This document shows, in pieces, positions 7,811-15,441 of a DNA stretch of 64,000 nt (within the stretch, counting starts at the first letter, position 1; each line of letters opens with the position of its first letter). Position numbers and translations under genes: made by a program. Below the pieces are notes generated by a model, which did not search any database, was not told the DNA's origin, and saw nothing but the letters and a program-made list of their open reading frames with translations. The stretch is from IMG/VR virus record IMGVR_UViG_3300044712_002679, positions 116,406 to 180,405 of that record; one strand, 5' to 3'. Source of the stretch: a virus.

Positions 7811-7894
7811 CGGAGAAAAAGGGATTCGAACCCCCACACCAGTTTCCCGATTTCACTGTTTTCGAAACAGCTAACTACACCAATAGGCTTCTCC
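7811..7894 (-). tRNA. tRNA-Ser (CGA)
   Basis: acceptor GGAGAAG/TTTCTCC + G73, anticodon arm GCTGT-TTCGAAA-ACAGT, long variable arm. Confidence 0.6.
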
Positions 7895-8055
7895 AAGTTC
7901 AGAATACTTTTGTGACATCGAATCACGACAAATTTCAAGTTTGCTTTACCTTTTTTTGCTGTATGTATTCTTTTTTGTGGACTGTATCGGATTTGCACCG
8001 ATTGTTAGCATAATTACTTTTTTGGTTTGCTATGCTTCAAAAAGCAACAGCCCAT

Positions 8056-8676
8056 TTATTTTTTATATTTATTTTTATTTTTTCCACCATGTGTATCTAA
8101 TGTTGCATTACAATTTGGACATAATATTCTTAAATTTGTTAATCTATGATCATTATTTATCCCATTTATATGATCTAATATTAAACTTATATGTTTTCCT
8201 TTCCAATTTTCATCTTGTCCACACATTTCACACTTTCTTTTTTTTAATCCATCTTCATATAATCTTTCTTTCAAATGTGTTGTATTAAAATTGGAATTTT
8301 CAACTAATATTAATGATAAATCTATTTTTTTATTTAAATTTTTTATTTGAAATTCATATTTAATAAAATGATCAATATTTATATCATATTTTTTAATATA
8401 TTTTTTTAATGTGTTATAAGAAGAACCAAAATTATTAATATCTAATTTAATTAAACATTCTTTATATGTTTTTGAATTTTTAACAATTTCAATTAAATAA
8501 TCTTTTTCATATTTATTTTTTACACTATAATGTGCTTCTATTTTTAATTTTTTTCGTCTTTCCTCAATTGATCTTATTGATCTATCTAATTTAGTTAAAC
8601 AATATTTTAAACCATAAATAGGATAATTTTCAATCAATATATCATCTTCATTTTTTGTCCATTTTTTATTTTTCAT
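8056..8676 (-). CDS. HNH homing endonuclease
   Basis: C-terminal CEMCGQDENWKGKHISLILDHINGINNDHRLTNLRILCPNCN (Cys pairs + DH...N...H...N HNH core); located inside tRNA array. Confidence 0.75.
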   Translation of the reverse strand: MKNKKWTKNEDDILIENYPIYGLKYCLTKLDRSIRSIEERRKKLKIEAHYSVKNKYEKDYLIEIVKNSKTYKECLIKLDINNFGSSYNTLKKYIKKYDINIDHFIKYEFQIKNLNKKIDLSLILVENSNFNTTHLKERLYEDGLKKRKCEMCGQDENWKGKHISLILDHINGINNDHRLTNLRILCPNCNATLDTHGGKNKNKYKK

Positions 8677-8767
8677 TTTAAGTTATTTTTTGTAGTATAT
8701 ATAAATATTTTAAACTACAAAAAATCACTATGAACTATAAAAATTCAAAAAAATAGTTATGGGAATG

Positions 8768-8848
8768 CACGACAGAGAGGATTCGAACCCCTGAACCTTT
8801 CGGTATAGTTTTGGAGACTATCAGCTTTAACCACTTGCATACTGCCGT
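8768..8848 (-). tRNA. tRNA-Trp-like (CCA) with 12-nt extended variable region; D-stem poorly formed
   Basis: acceptor ACGGCAG/CTGTCGT, anticodon arm ATAGT-CTCCAAA-ACTAT perfect, T-arm AGGGG-TTCGAAT-CCTCT. Confidence 0.45.
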
Positions 8849-8867
8849 ATATTTTTGCGGAGGCGAA

Positions 8868-8951
8868 GGGAATCGAACCCCCAAATCATTACTGATTTAC
8901 TTGTTTTCAAGACAAGCCCCTCGTCCATTCGGACCACCTCCAAATACAATT
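8868..8951 (-). tRNA. tRNA-Ser (UGA), second copy
   Basis: acceptor GGAGGTG/CGCCTCC + G73, anticodon arm CTTGT-CTTGAAA-ACAAG, variable hairpin AAATCA/TGATTT. Confidence 0.65.
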
Positions 8952-9001
8952 TAAAAGATTGTTCGTTATTTTTTGCTGTATGTATTCTTTGTGGGGTGAG
9001 G

Positions 9002-9077
9002 TGGATTCGAACCACCATCCCTGGATTTTCAGTCCAGTGCGAAACTGACCAACTGCGCTACCACCCCAATAAGTATA
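9002..9077 (-). tRNA. tRNA-Phe (GAA), second copy, with enlarged D region (extra hairpin CAGT-TTCGC-ACTG)
   Basis: acceptor GGGGTGG/TCACCCC + A73, anticodon arm CTGGA-CTGAAAA-TCCAG, T-arm GGTGG-TTCGAAT-CCACC. Confidence 0.55.
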
Positions 9078-9094
9078 ACGTATGTGCGTCTGGT

Positions 9095-9167
9095 GGGTCA
9101 CGATCCCACGACTCCATCATTAAAAGTGATGTACTCTACCAACTGAGTTACAGACGCAAAAATATTC
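9095..9167 (-). tRNA. tRNA-Lys (UUU), canonical class I, A54/U58-swapped T-loop (ATCGTGA)
   Basis: acceptor GCGTCTG/CAGACGC + A73, D-arm ACTC-AGTTGGTA-GAGT, anticodon arm CATCA-CTTTTAA-TGATG. Confidence 0.75.
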
Positions 9168-9196
9168 AATATGTCAATGAACTTTAAAAAAAATTG

Positions 9197-9282
9197 TGAT
9201 CCCGATGGGACTCGAACCCATGTACAACTTTCGTATCCCACATTAAAAGTGTGGTGCCTCGTTCCAACTCGGCCACGGAATC
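9197..9282 (-). tRNA. class-II (long variable arm) tRNA with anticodon UUU and discriminator A73
   Basis: acceptor GATTCCG/CGGGATC (one G-U), 3-bp D-stem GCC/GGC, anticodon arm CCACA-CTTTTAA-TGTGG perfect, 16-nt variable arm, T-arm ATGGG-TTCGAGT-CCCAT. Confidence 0.55.
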
Positions 9283-9302
9283 AATAAATAAAGAACGTAA
9301 CA

Positions 9303-9345
9303 AAAAAAAATCCGAACTTTTTACGGTTCGGATTTTTCTGTTTTA
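9303..9345. terminator. bidirectional intrinsic terminator (ATCCGAAC...GTTCGGAT hairpin between A9 and T-run) bounding the tRNA array
   Basis: 8-bp inverted repeat read directly. Confidence 0.65.
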
Positions 9346-9583
9346 TCTTAATTAAAAATCAATTTATTTTGACTTATTAAGTAAGCATACGAAATCCGAA
9401 CCTGATCTATGTGACCAAAAGCTCTTAAAGGATTTACTATGTTTACTTACGTTTCTCATGATTTCTATTTTTTACTTTGTTTTACTTATATAGAAAATTA
9501 ATTCTATTTTGTTTATTTTTTCTTTTATATATTAACGTAAAAAAGTCATTTTTTTCTATTTTTGATTTTTGTGACTTTTCACG

Positions 9584-9640
9584 ATACAAATATACGCATT
9601 ATTTTTAATCTACCAAATTTTTTTAATGTTTTTTTTTAAA
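9584..9640. repeat. ~57-bp direct repeat copy 1 (acaaatatacgcattatttttaatctaccaaatttttttaatg...)
   Basis: near-identical second copy at 9824-9880 flanking a GC-richer core. Confidence 0.6.
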
Positions 9641-9823
9641 ATAATTAACAGAAAGAGTTTTAACCTTTCCGCAAGACTTTCGCAATAACTTTCTCAAGGT
9701 TGTTGTTAGTTCTTGTTTGTATCCAGTCTCTTATCCCCTTTGAGTTGGGTGTTTAGGTATTATAAGTGAACTCTCTTATAATCTTGCTTGGGCGCACATC
9801 CTAAACTTTACTTTTCAAATTCT

Positions 9824-9880
9824 TTACAAATATACACATTATTTTTTAATCACCAAATATTTTTCAATATTTTTTCAATT
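9824..9880. repeat. ~57-bp direct repeat copy 2
   Basis: acaaatatacacattattttttaatcaccaaatatttttcaatat, matches copy 1 with few substitutions. Confidence 0.6.
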
Positions 9881-9949
9881 AAATTCATTGGTTTACAATT
9901 GGTAATTGGCAAAATTACTAAAATTGGCAATAATAAATCAAATGTTTTT

Positions 9950-10270
9950 TCATTTATTTTTCATTTCGAATTCGAATGTTGCATCATATGATTCACAATA
10001 TCCTGGTTTATCGTAAGATATTTTCCAACCATAATCTCGATATAAGTCTTCAAAATCCATCCAATGATTTTTGTATATATGTTCACTTGTCATATGTTCG
10101 GGTGCAACTTTCATAATTTCTGTCATAATATCTTTTTGTCTTATCGTAAAACTAGATTTGACATAATTATTTTTAATTGCATTATTTATTCCGAGTATTA
10201 CAAAATCTGGAATATTACTTTTTGCTTCATTCCTAGCTTCTTCTGGTGTTATTGGCTTAATTTCTGACAT
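9950..10270 (-). CDS. hypothetical protein (106 aa)
   Basis: ORF heading a long minus-strand gene block. Confidence 0.45.
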   Translation of the reverse strand: MSEIKPITPEEARNEAKSNIPDFVILGINNAIKNNYVKSSFTIRQKDIMTEIMKVAPEHMTSEHIYKNHWMDFEDLYRDYGWKISYDKPGYCESYDATFEFEMKNK

Positions 10271-10272
10271 AT

Positions 10273-10485
10273 TTAGAATATTTTATTATACCACTTAGTT
10301 TTATCTTCCCAATATTTTAATAATATTTCAAACCCTTCTTTGGTTTTATCATCAATTTCTCCGTTATTACGCATTTGGGCAATTCTTTTCTTCAAAGATT
10401 TAAGATACATACGTTTACGTATGATCATAAATAACAATAAAAAAAATGCATTAAATACTAAGTAAATTACAATTTTTGTTATCAT
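10273..10485 (-). CDS. small membrane-anchored protein (70 aa)
   Basis: N-terminal hydrophobic stretch IVIYLVFNAFFLLLFMII then basic tail. Confidence 0.4.
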   Translation of the reverse strand: MITKIVIYLVFNAFFLLLFMIIRKRMYLKSLKKRIAQMRNNGEIDDKTKEGFEILLKYWEDKTKWYNKIF

Positions 10486-10542
10486 AAAATATAGTTTTTT
10501 AAATTACAAATGCAAATATAATAAAAATATTTAAATATACAA

Positions 10543-11196
10543 TTATTTTTCACCAGAATTATAACTATTGTCTAACATTATGACACCATCTGAATTATAG
10601 ATATCAATTACATCTTTAACATAGTTTAATAGTCTTTTGGGTGCTTTATAAATTGAACAAGGTCTACCATCAATACCATTTTCTTCTTTTTCGTTAGTTT
10701 TTTTAAATAATACAGAAACACTTTCAGAAAATGATCCACCAACATGATGCCAATCTTCATAATTCACTTTATAATTATAAGTATTCCAAGTCATTCTTTT
10801 AATTCTTTCTTCAGTATCAAAATTATGAACAAATGTATATAATCTTCGTCTACTATAAATACCATCATTTATATATGCTACTAGCGATATTAGAAATATA
10901 TTAATTGTTGCTTGATTATATTCTTTTAATAAGTTATCAAATTGTTTATACCAAGATTTGATAAAATTTAATATATTTTCATCTATATCAATATCAAGGT
11001 CTAAATTAAATGCACGAGAAGCATTTAATGGTGTATCTGTTTTTATTTTTGGTGATATTTTTGTTTTTGGTGTATCTTTTACACCATATTTAGCTGGATC
11101 AAGTCCATTTCGTCTAAAGGTGTCTGCTAATGTTTCACCGGGTAGTGCTGATAATAATTCGAATAAAAAATCATCATAATTTTTTAATATTTTCAT
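10543..11196 (-). CDS. hypothetical protein (217 aa)
   Basis: clean ORF; no motif recognised. Confidence 0.5.
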   Translation of the reverse strand: MKILKNYDDFLFELLSALPGETLADTFRRNGLDPAKYGVKDTPKTKISPKIKTDTPLNASRAFNLDLDIDIDENILNFIKSWYKQFDNLLKEYNQATINIFLISLVAYINDGIYSRRRLYTFVHNFDTEERIKRMTWNTYNYKVNYEDWHHVGGSFSESVSVLFKKTNEKEENGIDGRPCSIYKAPKRLLNYVKDVIDIYNSDGVIMLDNSYNSGEK

Positions 11197-11574
11197 AAAA
11201 AATTTTATTGTTATATATAAAATTTTTATGAAAAAAAAAGTAAATAATAGCTTTTCATTTAATGAGGTTAATAAGCAATTAAGGATGTATCCTCTTATAC
11301 ACCCACTATTATTTACGATTTTATTTTTTCACACAAATCTTTAAATATGTATTCAAATTCTTCATCATTAACAACTTTATTAATATAATCTTCGAAGGAT
11401 ATATTATTATCTTTTGAATATAATTCATAAGTTGTTTCGATTAATTTTTCTAATATCATAATTTAAATAAAGTGAAAAAAACAAGTAATTCTTAGTCATC
11501 CTATGTACTAATCAATATTCGTGCATTATAGAATCTGCCAATCAACCAAACACTTAATTACTTGTTTTTTAATT

Positions 11575-11787
11575 TTAATTTTTGTTTTGGTTACTGTTAT
11601 ATGATTTGAATAAAATATTACTAAGAATATTTACACCAAGTGCTTGCCAAAATGTGATTTTTGTTAAGCCAAATAATATTGGCATTAGCCAATTCCACAA
11701 CCACATTGTTGGTAATGCTAAAATCAATGAAACAATAGCAATTAATACAATTACACCAAAAACTTTAAGAAATGCTTCCATAATCAA
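11575..11787 (-). CDS. small two-TM membrane protein (holin-like topology, speculative)
   Basis: two hydrophobic segments; the overlapping plus-strand ORF 11582-11974 is low-complexity antisense. Confidence 0.4.
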   Translation of the reverse strand: MIMEAFLKVFGVIVLIAIVSLILALPTMWLWNWLMPILFGLTKITFWQALGVNILSNILFKSYNSNQNKN

Positions 11788-11844
11788 TATTTTTAATTTA
11801 TTTATTATTTATTATATATTGAATATATGGATTTGTTTAATTAA

Positions 11845-12057
11845 TTACCATTCATCTTCGAAATATTCTTTATCTTTTTTGTCTTTAAGATATTTATTTC
11901 TTTTTTTTATCCATTTTTGTAATTTTTTCTTTAATTTTTCATTAATTCCAAATTCATCCATTTCTTGGGAATAAATACCTTTTTCTAAGATTTCAATAAA
12001 ATTTTCTAAAAATTCATCATCAATTTTTAATACATCTTTAGCCATTATTGTTTTCAT
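11845..12057 (-). CDS. hypothetical charged small protein
   Basis: 70-aa ORF in operon context. Confidence 0.4.
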   Translation of the reverse strand: MKTIMAKDVLKIDDEFLENFIEILEKGIYSQEMDEFGINEKLKKKLQKWIKKRNKYLKDKKDKEYFEDEW

Positions 12058-12060
12058 ACA

Positions 12061-12282
12061 TTATTTATCACTATTAAGAAATCTACGTGGATTCCAAATC
12101 ATTTCATTTATCACCATTGCTAAAATTTCAACTTCTTTCAGCGTAATATCATCAGGTAAGAATTGATGGAGTAAATTATTTATTTCTGGCTTTAATCTAT
12201 CCATATGTTCTTGTTTTTCTTCGATTGTAATATCGGGTTTTTCACACAATAATTCTTGTGTCATTCTAATTGCTTCTTGCAT
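12061..12282 (-). CDS. hypothetical small protein
   Basis: 73-aa ORF in operon context. Confidence 0.4.
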   Translation of the reverse strand: MQEAIRMTQELLCEKPDITIEEKQEHMDRLKPEINNLLHQFLPDDITLKEVEILAMVINEMIWNPRRFLNSDK

Positions 12283-12295
12283 AATTTTATCTGTT

Positions 12296-12763
12296 TTATT
12301 TTTTCATTCGATTTGATGTCTCCCCATCAAAATTATCTTGTTTTGCCTTATGTGGAAACATTGCATAAAATATTTTCCAAACTTTTTTTGATCGAGTTTT
12401 CTTTGGGTATCTGATTGAATTTTTGTTAGACCCACCACTACCAACATAGACACCTTTATTGTCTCTTGTTTCTTTTATACTATTTGTATCTAATGTTTTA
12501 TTTTTTTTATCAAATTCTTCCAAATAAATATTATGTAATTCTGTCATATCAATGTTAGTATCCATTACAATTGTTCGTATTTCTTTTAAAGCCAAATATC
12601 TTTCTTTCACTATACCCCTACAATGCTTATCTTCGTTTATGTTTGTTTCTAAATATGCTATTTGTTTATTTAAATGTTCGATATAAAGATTTTTATCTAC
12701 ATAATTACCACCATGTCCATCGTGTTTGTGAATAAGTGTTCTTAATTTTCTATATTTTTCCAT
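12296..12763 (-). CDS. hypothetical protein (155 aa)
   Basis: operon context. Confidence 0.45.
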   Translation of the reverse strand: MEKYRKLRTLIHKHDGHGGNYVDKNLYIEHLNKQIAYLETNINEDKHCRGIVKERYLALKEIRTIVMDTNIDMTELHNIYLEEFDKKNKTLDTNSIKETRDNKGVYVGSGGSNKNSIRYPKKTRSKKVWKIFYAMFPHKAKQDNFDGETSNRMKK

Positions 12764-12764
12764 A

Positions 12765-13322
12765 TTAATCTGTATAACTTAATACTGCAATTTTTATATT
12801 GTTGGTGTAGATACTATCTACTCGAATAAATAAGGCATCCCCATTTTCATATTTTTCATATAATTCATCATAATTGTCTTCTAATGATCCTATTATTTCT
12901 TTAATTTCTAAATAATAAAAATTAAAATCATATTCTTTTTCTAAATATTCATATTCTTTTTCTAATTTTTCTATCCATTTAGCTTGTTCATTAATATTTT
13001 TAAATGAATTCAATTTTGGTTTATATGAATTATCATCATATGCAATATAATCATAATCAACGATTAACATCAAATCTAATAATTCTTTGGCTTTTTCAGA
13101 CAATTTAGTCGATGTTATATGATCATCATAATCAACCAACAGTGAATCTATTTTACCGTCAATTTCTATATTTTCTCTTAGCCAATTATCCAAATGATGT
13201 TCTAAATTATCATATGTAAAAAAATTAGTATCAAAATTTTTCTTAAATTCTTCTATTAATTCTTGTCGTACTTCTAAGTATCTTTTTATTAATTCATTAT
13301 CTTTATTTACTATTGGTCTCAT
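12765..13322 (-). CDS. hypothetical acidic protein (185 aa)
   Basis: operon context; 2-nt spacing to neighbour. Confidence 0.45.
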   Translation of the reverse strand: MRPIVNKDNELIKRYLEVRQELIEEFKKNFDTNFFTYDNLEHHLDNWLRENIEIDGKIDSLLVDYDDHITSTKLSEKAKELLDLMLIVDYDYIAYDDNSYKPKLNSFKNINEQAKWIEKLEKEYEYLEKEYDFNFYYLEIKEIIGSLEDNYDELYEKYENGDALFIRVDSIYTNNIKIAVLSYTD

Positions 13323-13331
13323 ATTTTTTTA

Positions 13332-13877
13332 TTATTTTTTGTCACACATCAACCGTCTTTGTCTAATAAGATCAATTAATTCTATTGAAAAATCTTTATT
13401 AACTTCATTAGCTAACGGTAGAATATATTTTTCTGTTTGTTGTAAATATTCTAAAACTTTTTTATCTGTGTGTGTATCTAAATGTAAATCTGTCAAATTA
13501 CTAATTCTATCAGCGCATTTTAATATCTTTGCTCTTATTGAAATATATTGTAATCTTTGACAATATTCTTCTTTTGTTTCATCTTCACGTTTAGTAACTT
13601 CCAAAATTACATTAACGACTTCTGGTCCATCAATATCAAGTGATCTAATTTCATCTAAATTTGTTCCCAATTCTTCTATTAAATCGTGCAACAGACTAGA
13701 TTTCAATAATATGGGATCATAAAAATATTTGTAATCTAATAAAATACCCAATGTTGCAAAAGAATGTCTAAATTGATTTCCACCAACTTTTCTATGAACA
13801 CCAATTAAAGCAGTTGCTTTTAAAATGTATGGTGCAAGATTTAAATTTTGCAATGATATTAGGTTATTATTTGTCAT
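13332..13877 (-). CDS. HD-domain phosphohydrolase (5'-deoxynucleotidase YfbR-like)
   Basis: H...HSFATLGI and SSLLHDLIEELGTN (H, HD, D motif order of HD superfamily). Confidence 0.6.
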   Translation of the reverse strand: MTNNNLISLQNLNLAPYILKATALIGVHRKVGGNQFRHSFATLGILLDYKYFYDPILLKSSLLHDLIEELGTNLDEIRSLDIDGPEVVNVILEVTKREDETKEEYCQRLQYISIRAKILKCADRISNLTDLHLDTHTDKKVLEYLQQTEKYILPLANEVNKDFSIELIDLIRQRRLMCDKK

Positions 13878-13952
13878 ATAAATATTGATTTATAGTAAAT
13901 AAAAATGTGGTTAATATATCATCAGGCATTTCTGTTTTAATTTTATACATAA

Positions 13953-14144
13953 TTATTTAAATCTTTTTTCAAAACTTTCTTTATTTAATGATACACCATT
14001 CTGAAATTTATAAAATCTTCCATCGAAAATAACATTAAATACATCACCAGATTTTGCATCTAATTTATTATCAATGCCATTTCGAACATTTTTTATTTGT
14101 ACATCTTCTGTACACGTTACAGTTTTTGTTATACTTTTTTTCAT
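13953..14144 (-). CDS. hypothetical small protein
   Basis: start moved to internal ATG (MKKSITK) to give a 4-nt overlap with the upstream gene. Confidence 0.35.
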   Translation of the reverse strand: MKKSITKTVTCTEDVQIKNVRNGIDNKLDAKSGDVFNVIFDGRFYKFQNGVSLNKESFEKRFK

Positions 14145-14632
14145 ATTGGTAATATGTGAAATTCTTTTAAAAATATATAATTTACAATATATTCCCAATT
14201 AGGGAATTCTTTAGAACCAAATTTTATAAATTCACCTTTAAAATCTAATTGTCCATGCATATCAGTATCATCAATTAGATAATCTCCAATATGTAAAGAT
14301 TTATCACATGACATATCAAGTCTTTCTAATGTTTCAAATCCTAAATGTTCAAGAACCCAATATGCTTTTTCTGTATAACTATTTAGATTATATATTGATG
14401 GTCGAGTTAAAATACGAACTTCAAAATATTCTTCAAGTTTTTTAAATGCTTTAATTGCACCTGGGATTTCTTCCAATTTAATAAAAAATCCAAACTGTGA
14501 TTGTGGATATTTTTGTGTTGGACATTTTTCCAAATCATTTAAATATGCCTTTGCAAAATTGCAAAGAACCCCATCTAAATCCACATATATTATTTTATTT
14601 TTTTTCATTTTTAAAATTTTTAAATTTTTCAT
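14141..14632 (-). CDS. HAD-family 5'(3')-deoxyribonucleotidase
   Basis: N-terminal IIYVDLDGVLCNF (DxDGVL motif I of HAD deoxyribonucleotidases). Confidence 0.65.
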   Translation of the reverse strand: MKNLKILKMKKNKIIYVDLDGVLCNFAKAYLNDLEKCPTQKYPQSQFGFFIKLEEIPGAIKAFKKLEEYFEVRILTRPSIYNLNSYTEKAYWVLEHLGFETLERLDMSCDKSLHIGDYLIDDTDMHGQLDFKGEFIKFGSKEFPNWEYIVNYIFLKEFHILPI

Positions 14633-15389
14633 ATTTTCTATTCAAATATATATCAGACAAATTTTCTTCATAAATATAATTTAAAAAATTAAATGCATCT
14701 CTATACAAATATAATCTATTTGTTGAATAATGTTTTAAAATTTTTGTTTTTTTTGTTATTATTTTATTTTTTTCTAAAAAATCTTGAATTTGTTCTAAGC
14801 ATTCTTTAGTTGATATTAAATTTACTTTTATTCTATTATTATCTTTACCATATATTGTTAATGATCCATCACCATCAAACATACCAGCTATAAAATTCAA
14901 ATAATATTTTTCATCTATGTTTTTAATAATGAAATTATCACTTTTTTCAACATTTATATATTTTTGTAATTTTTTTGTGAATAAATTATTTGTAATAGAT
15001 ATTACATATGAAGTATATTCTTTATTGTTTCTTTTGTCAATAGTTGTATTTTTAACAATTTTATGTTCAGATTCTAATGACTTTTTAAATTTTATTAATA
15101 TTTCTTCATCTTTAGATACTAATCTAACTTTATTATTTTTTAAACAACCATCTGCAACAATAAAACCTAACCAATACGCTTTTTCTTTCGTGTCAATATT
15201 ATCAAAATATGATATATTGAATTTTAATTTGCTTTCATTTAACCTATTTCTATTTGTATTAATATTATTGTTTCTTAATATATTACTTACTGTTACTTGT
15301 GATATATTTAATTTTTTTGATATTTCAATTTGTTTATTTGTTAACGATAAATTAATTATTTCTGTTATTAAATCTTTATTTATTTTCAT
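14595..15389 (-). CDS. LAGLIDADG homing endonuclease (two-motif, monomeric type)
   Basis: AYWLGFIVADGCL and NFIAGMFDGDGSL motifs; N-terminal HTH-like segment. Confidence 0.7.
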   Translation of the reverse strand: MKINKDLITEIINLSLTNKQIEISKKLNISQVTVSNILRNNNINTNRNRLNESKLKFNISYFDNIDTKEKAYWLGFIVADGCLKNNKVRLVSKDEEILIKFKKSLESEHKIVKNTTIDKRNNKEYTSYVISITNNLFTKKLQKYINVEKSDNFIIKNIDEKYYLNFIAGMFDGDGSLTIYGKDNNRIKVNLISTKECLEQIQDFLEKNKIITKKTKILKHYSTNRLYLYRDAFNFLNYIYEENLSDIYLNRKYEKFKNFKNEKK

Positions 15390-15441
15390 TTATATTCCAT
15401 ATCATTTTTTTTATTTTAATATTTGTCCATATCAACATATA

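Noticed and set aside
7977-8050. Additional tRNA gene downstream of tRNA-Ser(CGA)
   Set aside because: Only a T-arm-like hairpin (ATCGG-TGCAAAT-CCGAT) plus the conserved 3'-flank motif is present. There is no acceptor or anticodon arm. It is treated as a decayed tRNA-Phe-unit remnant.
11582-11974. 130-aa plus-strand ORF
   Set aside because: It overlaps two minus-strand genes (11575-11787 membrane protein, 11845-12057). It is low-complexity antisense and has no promoter motif.
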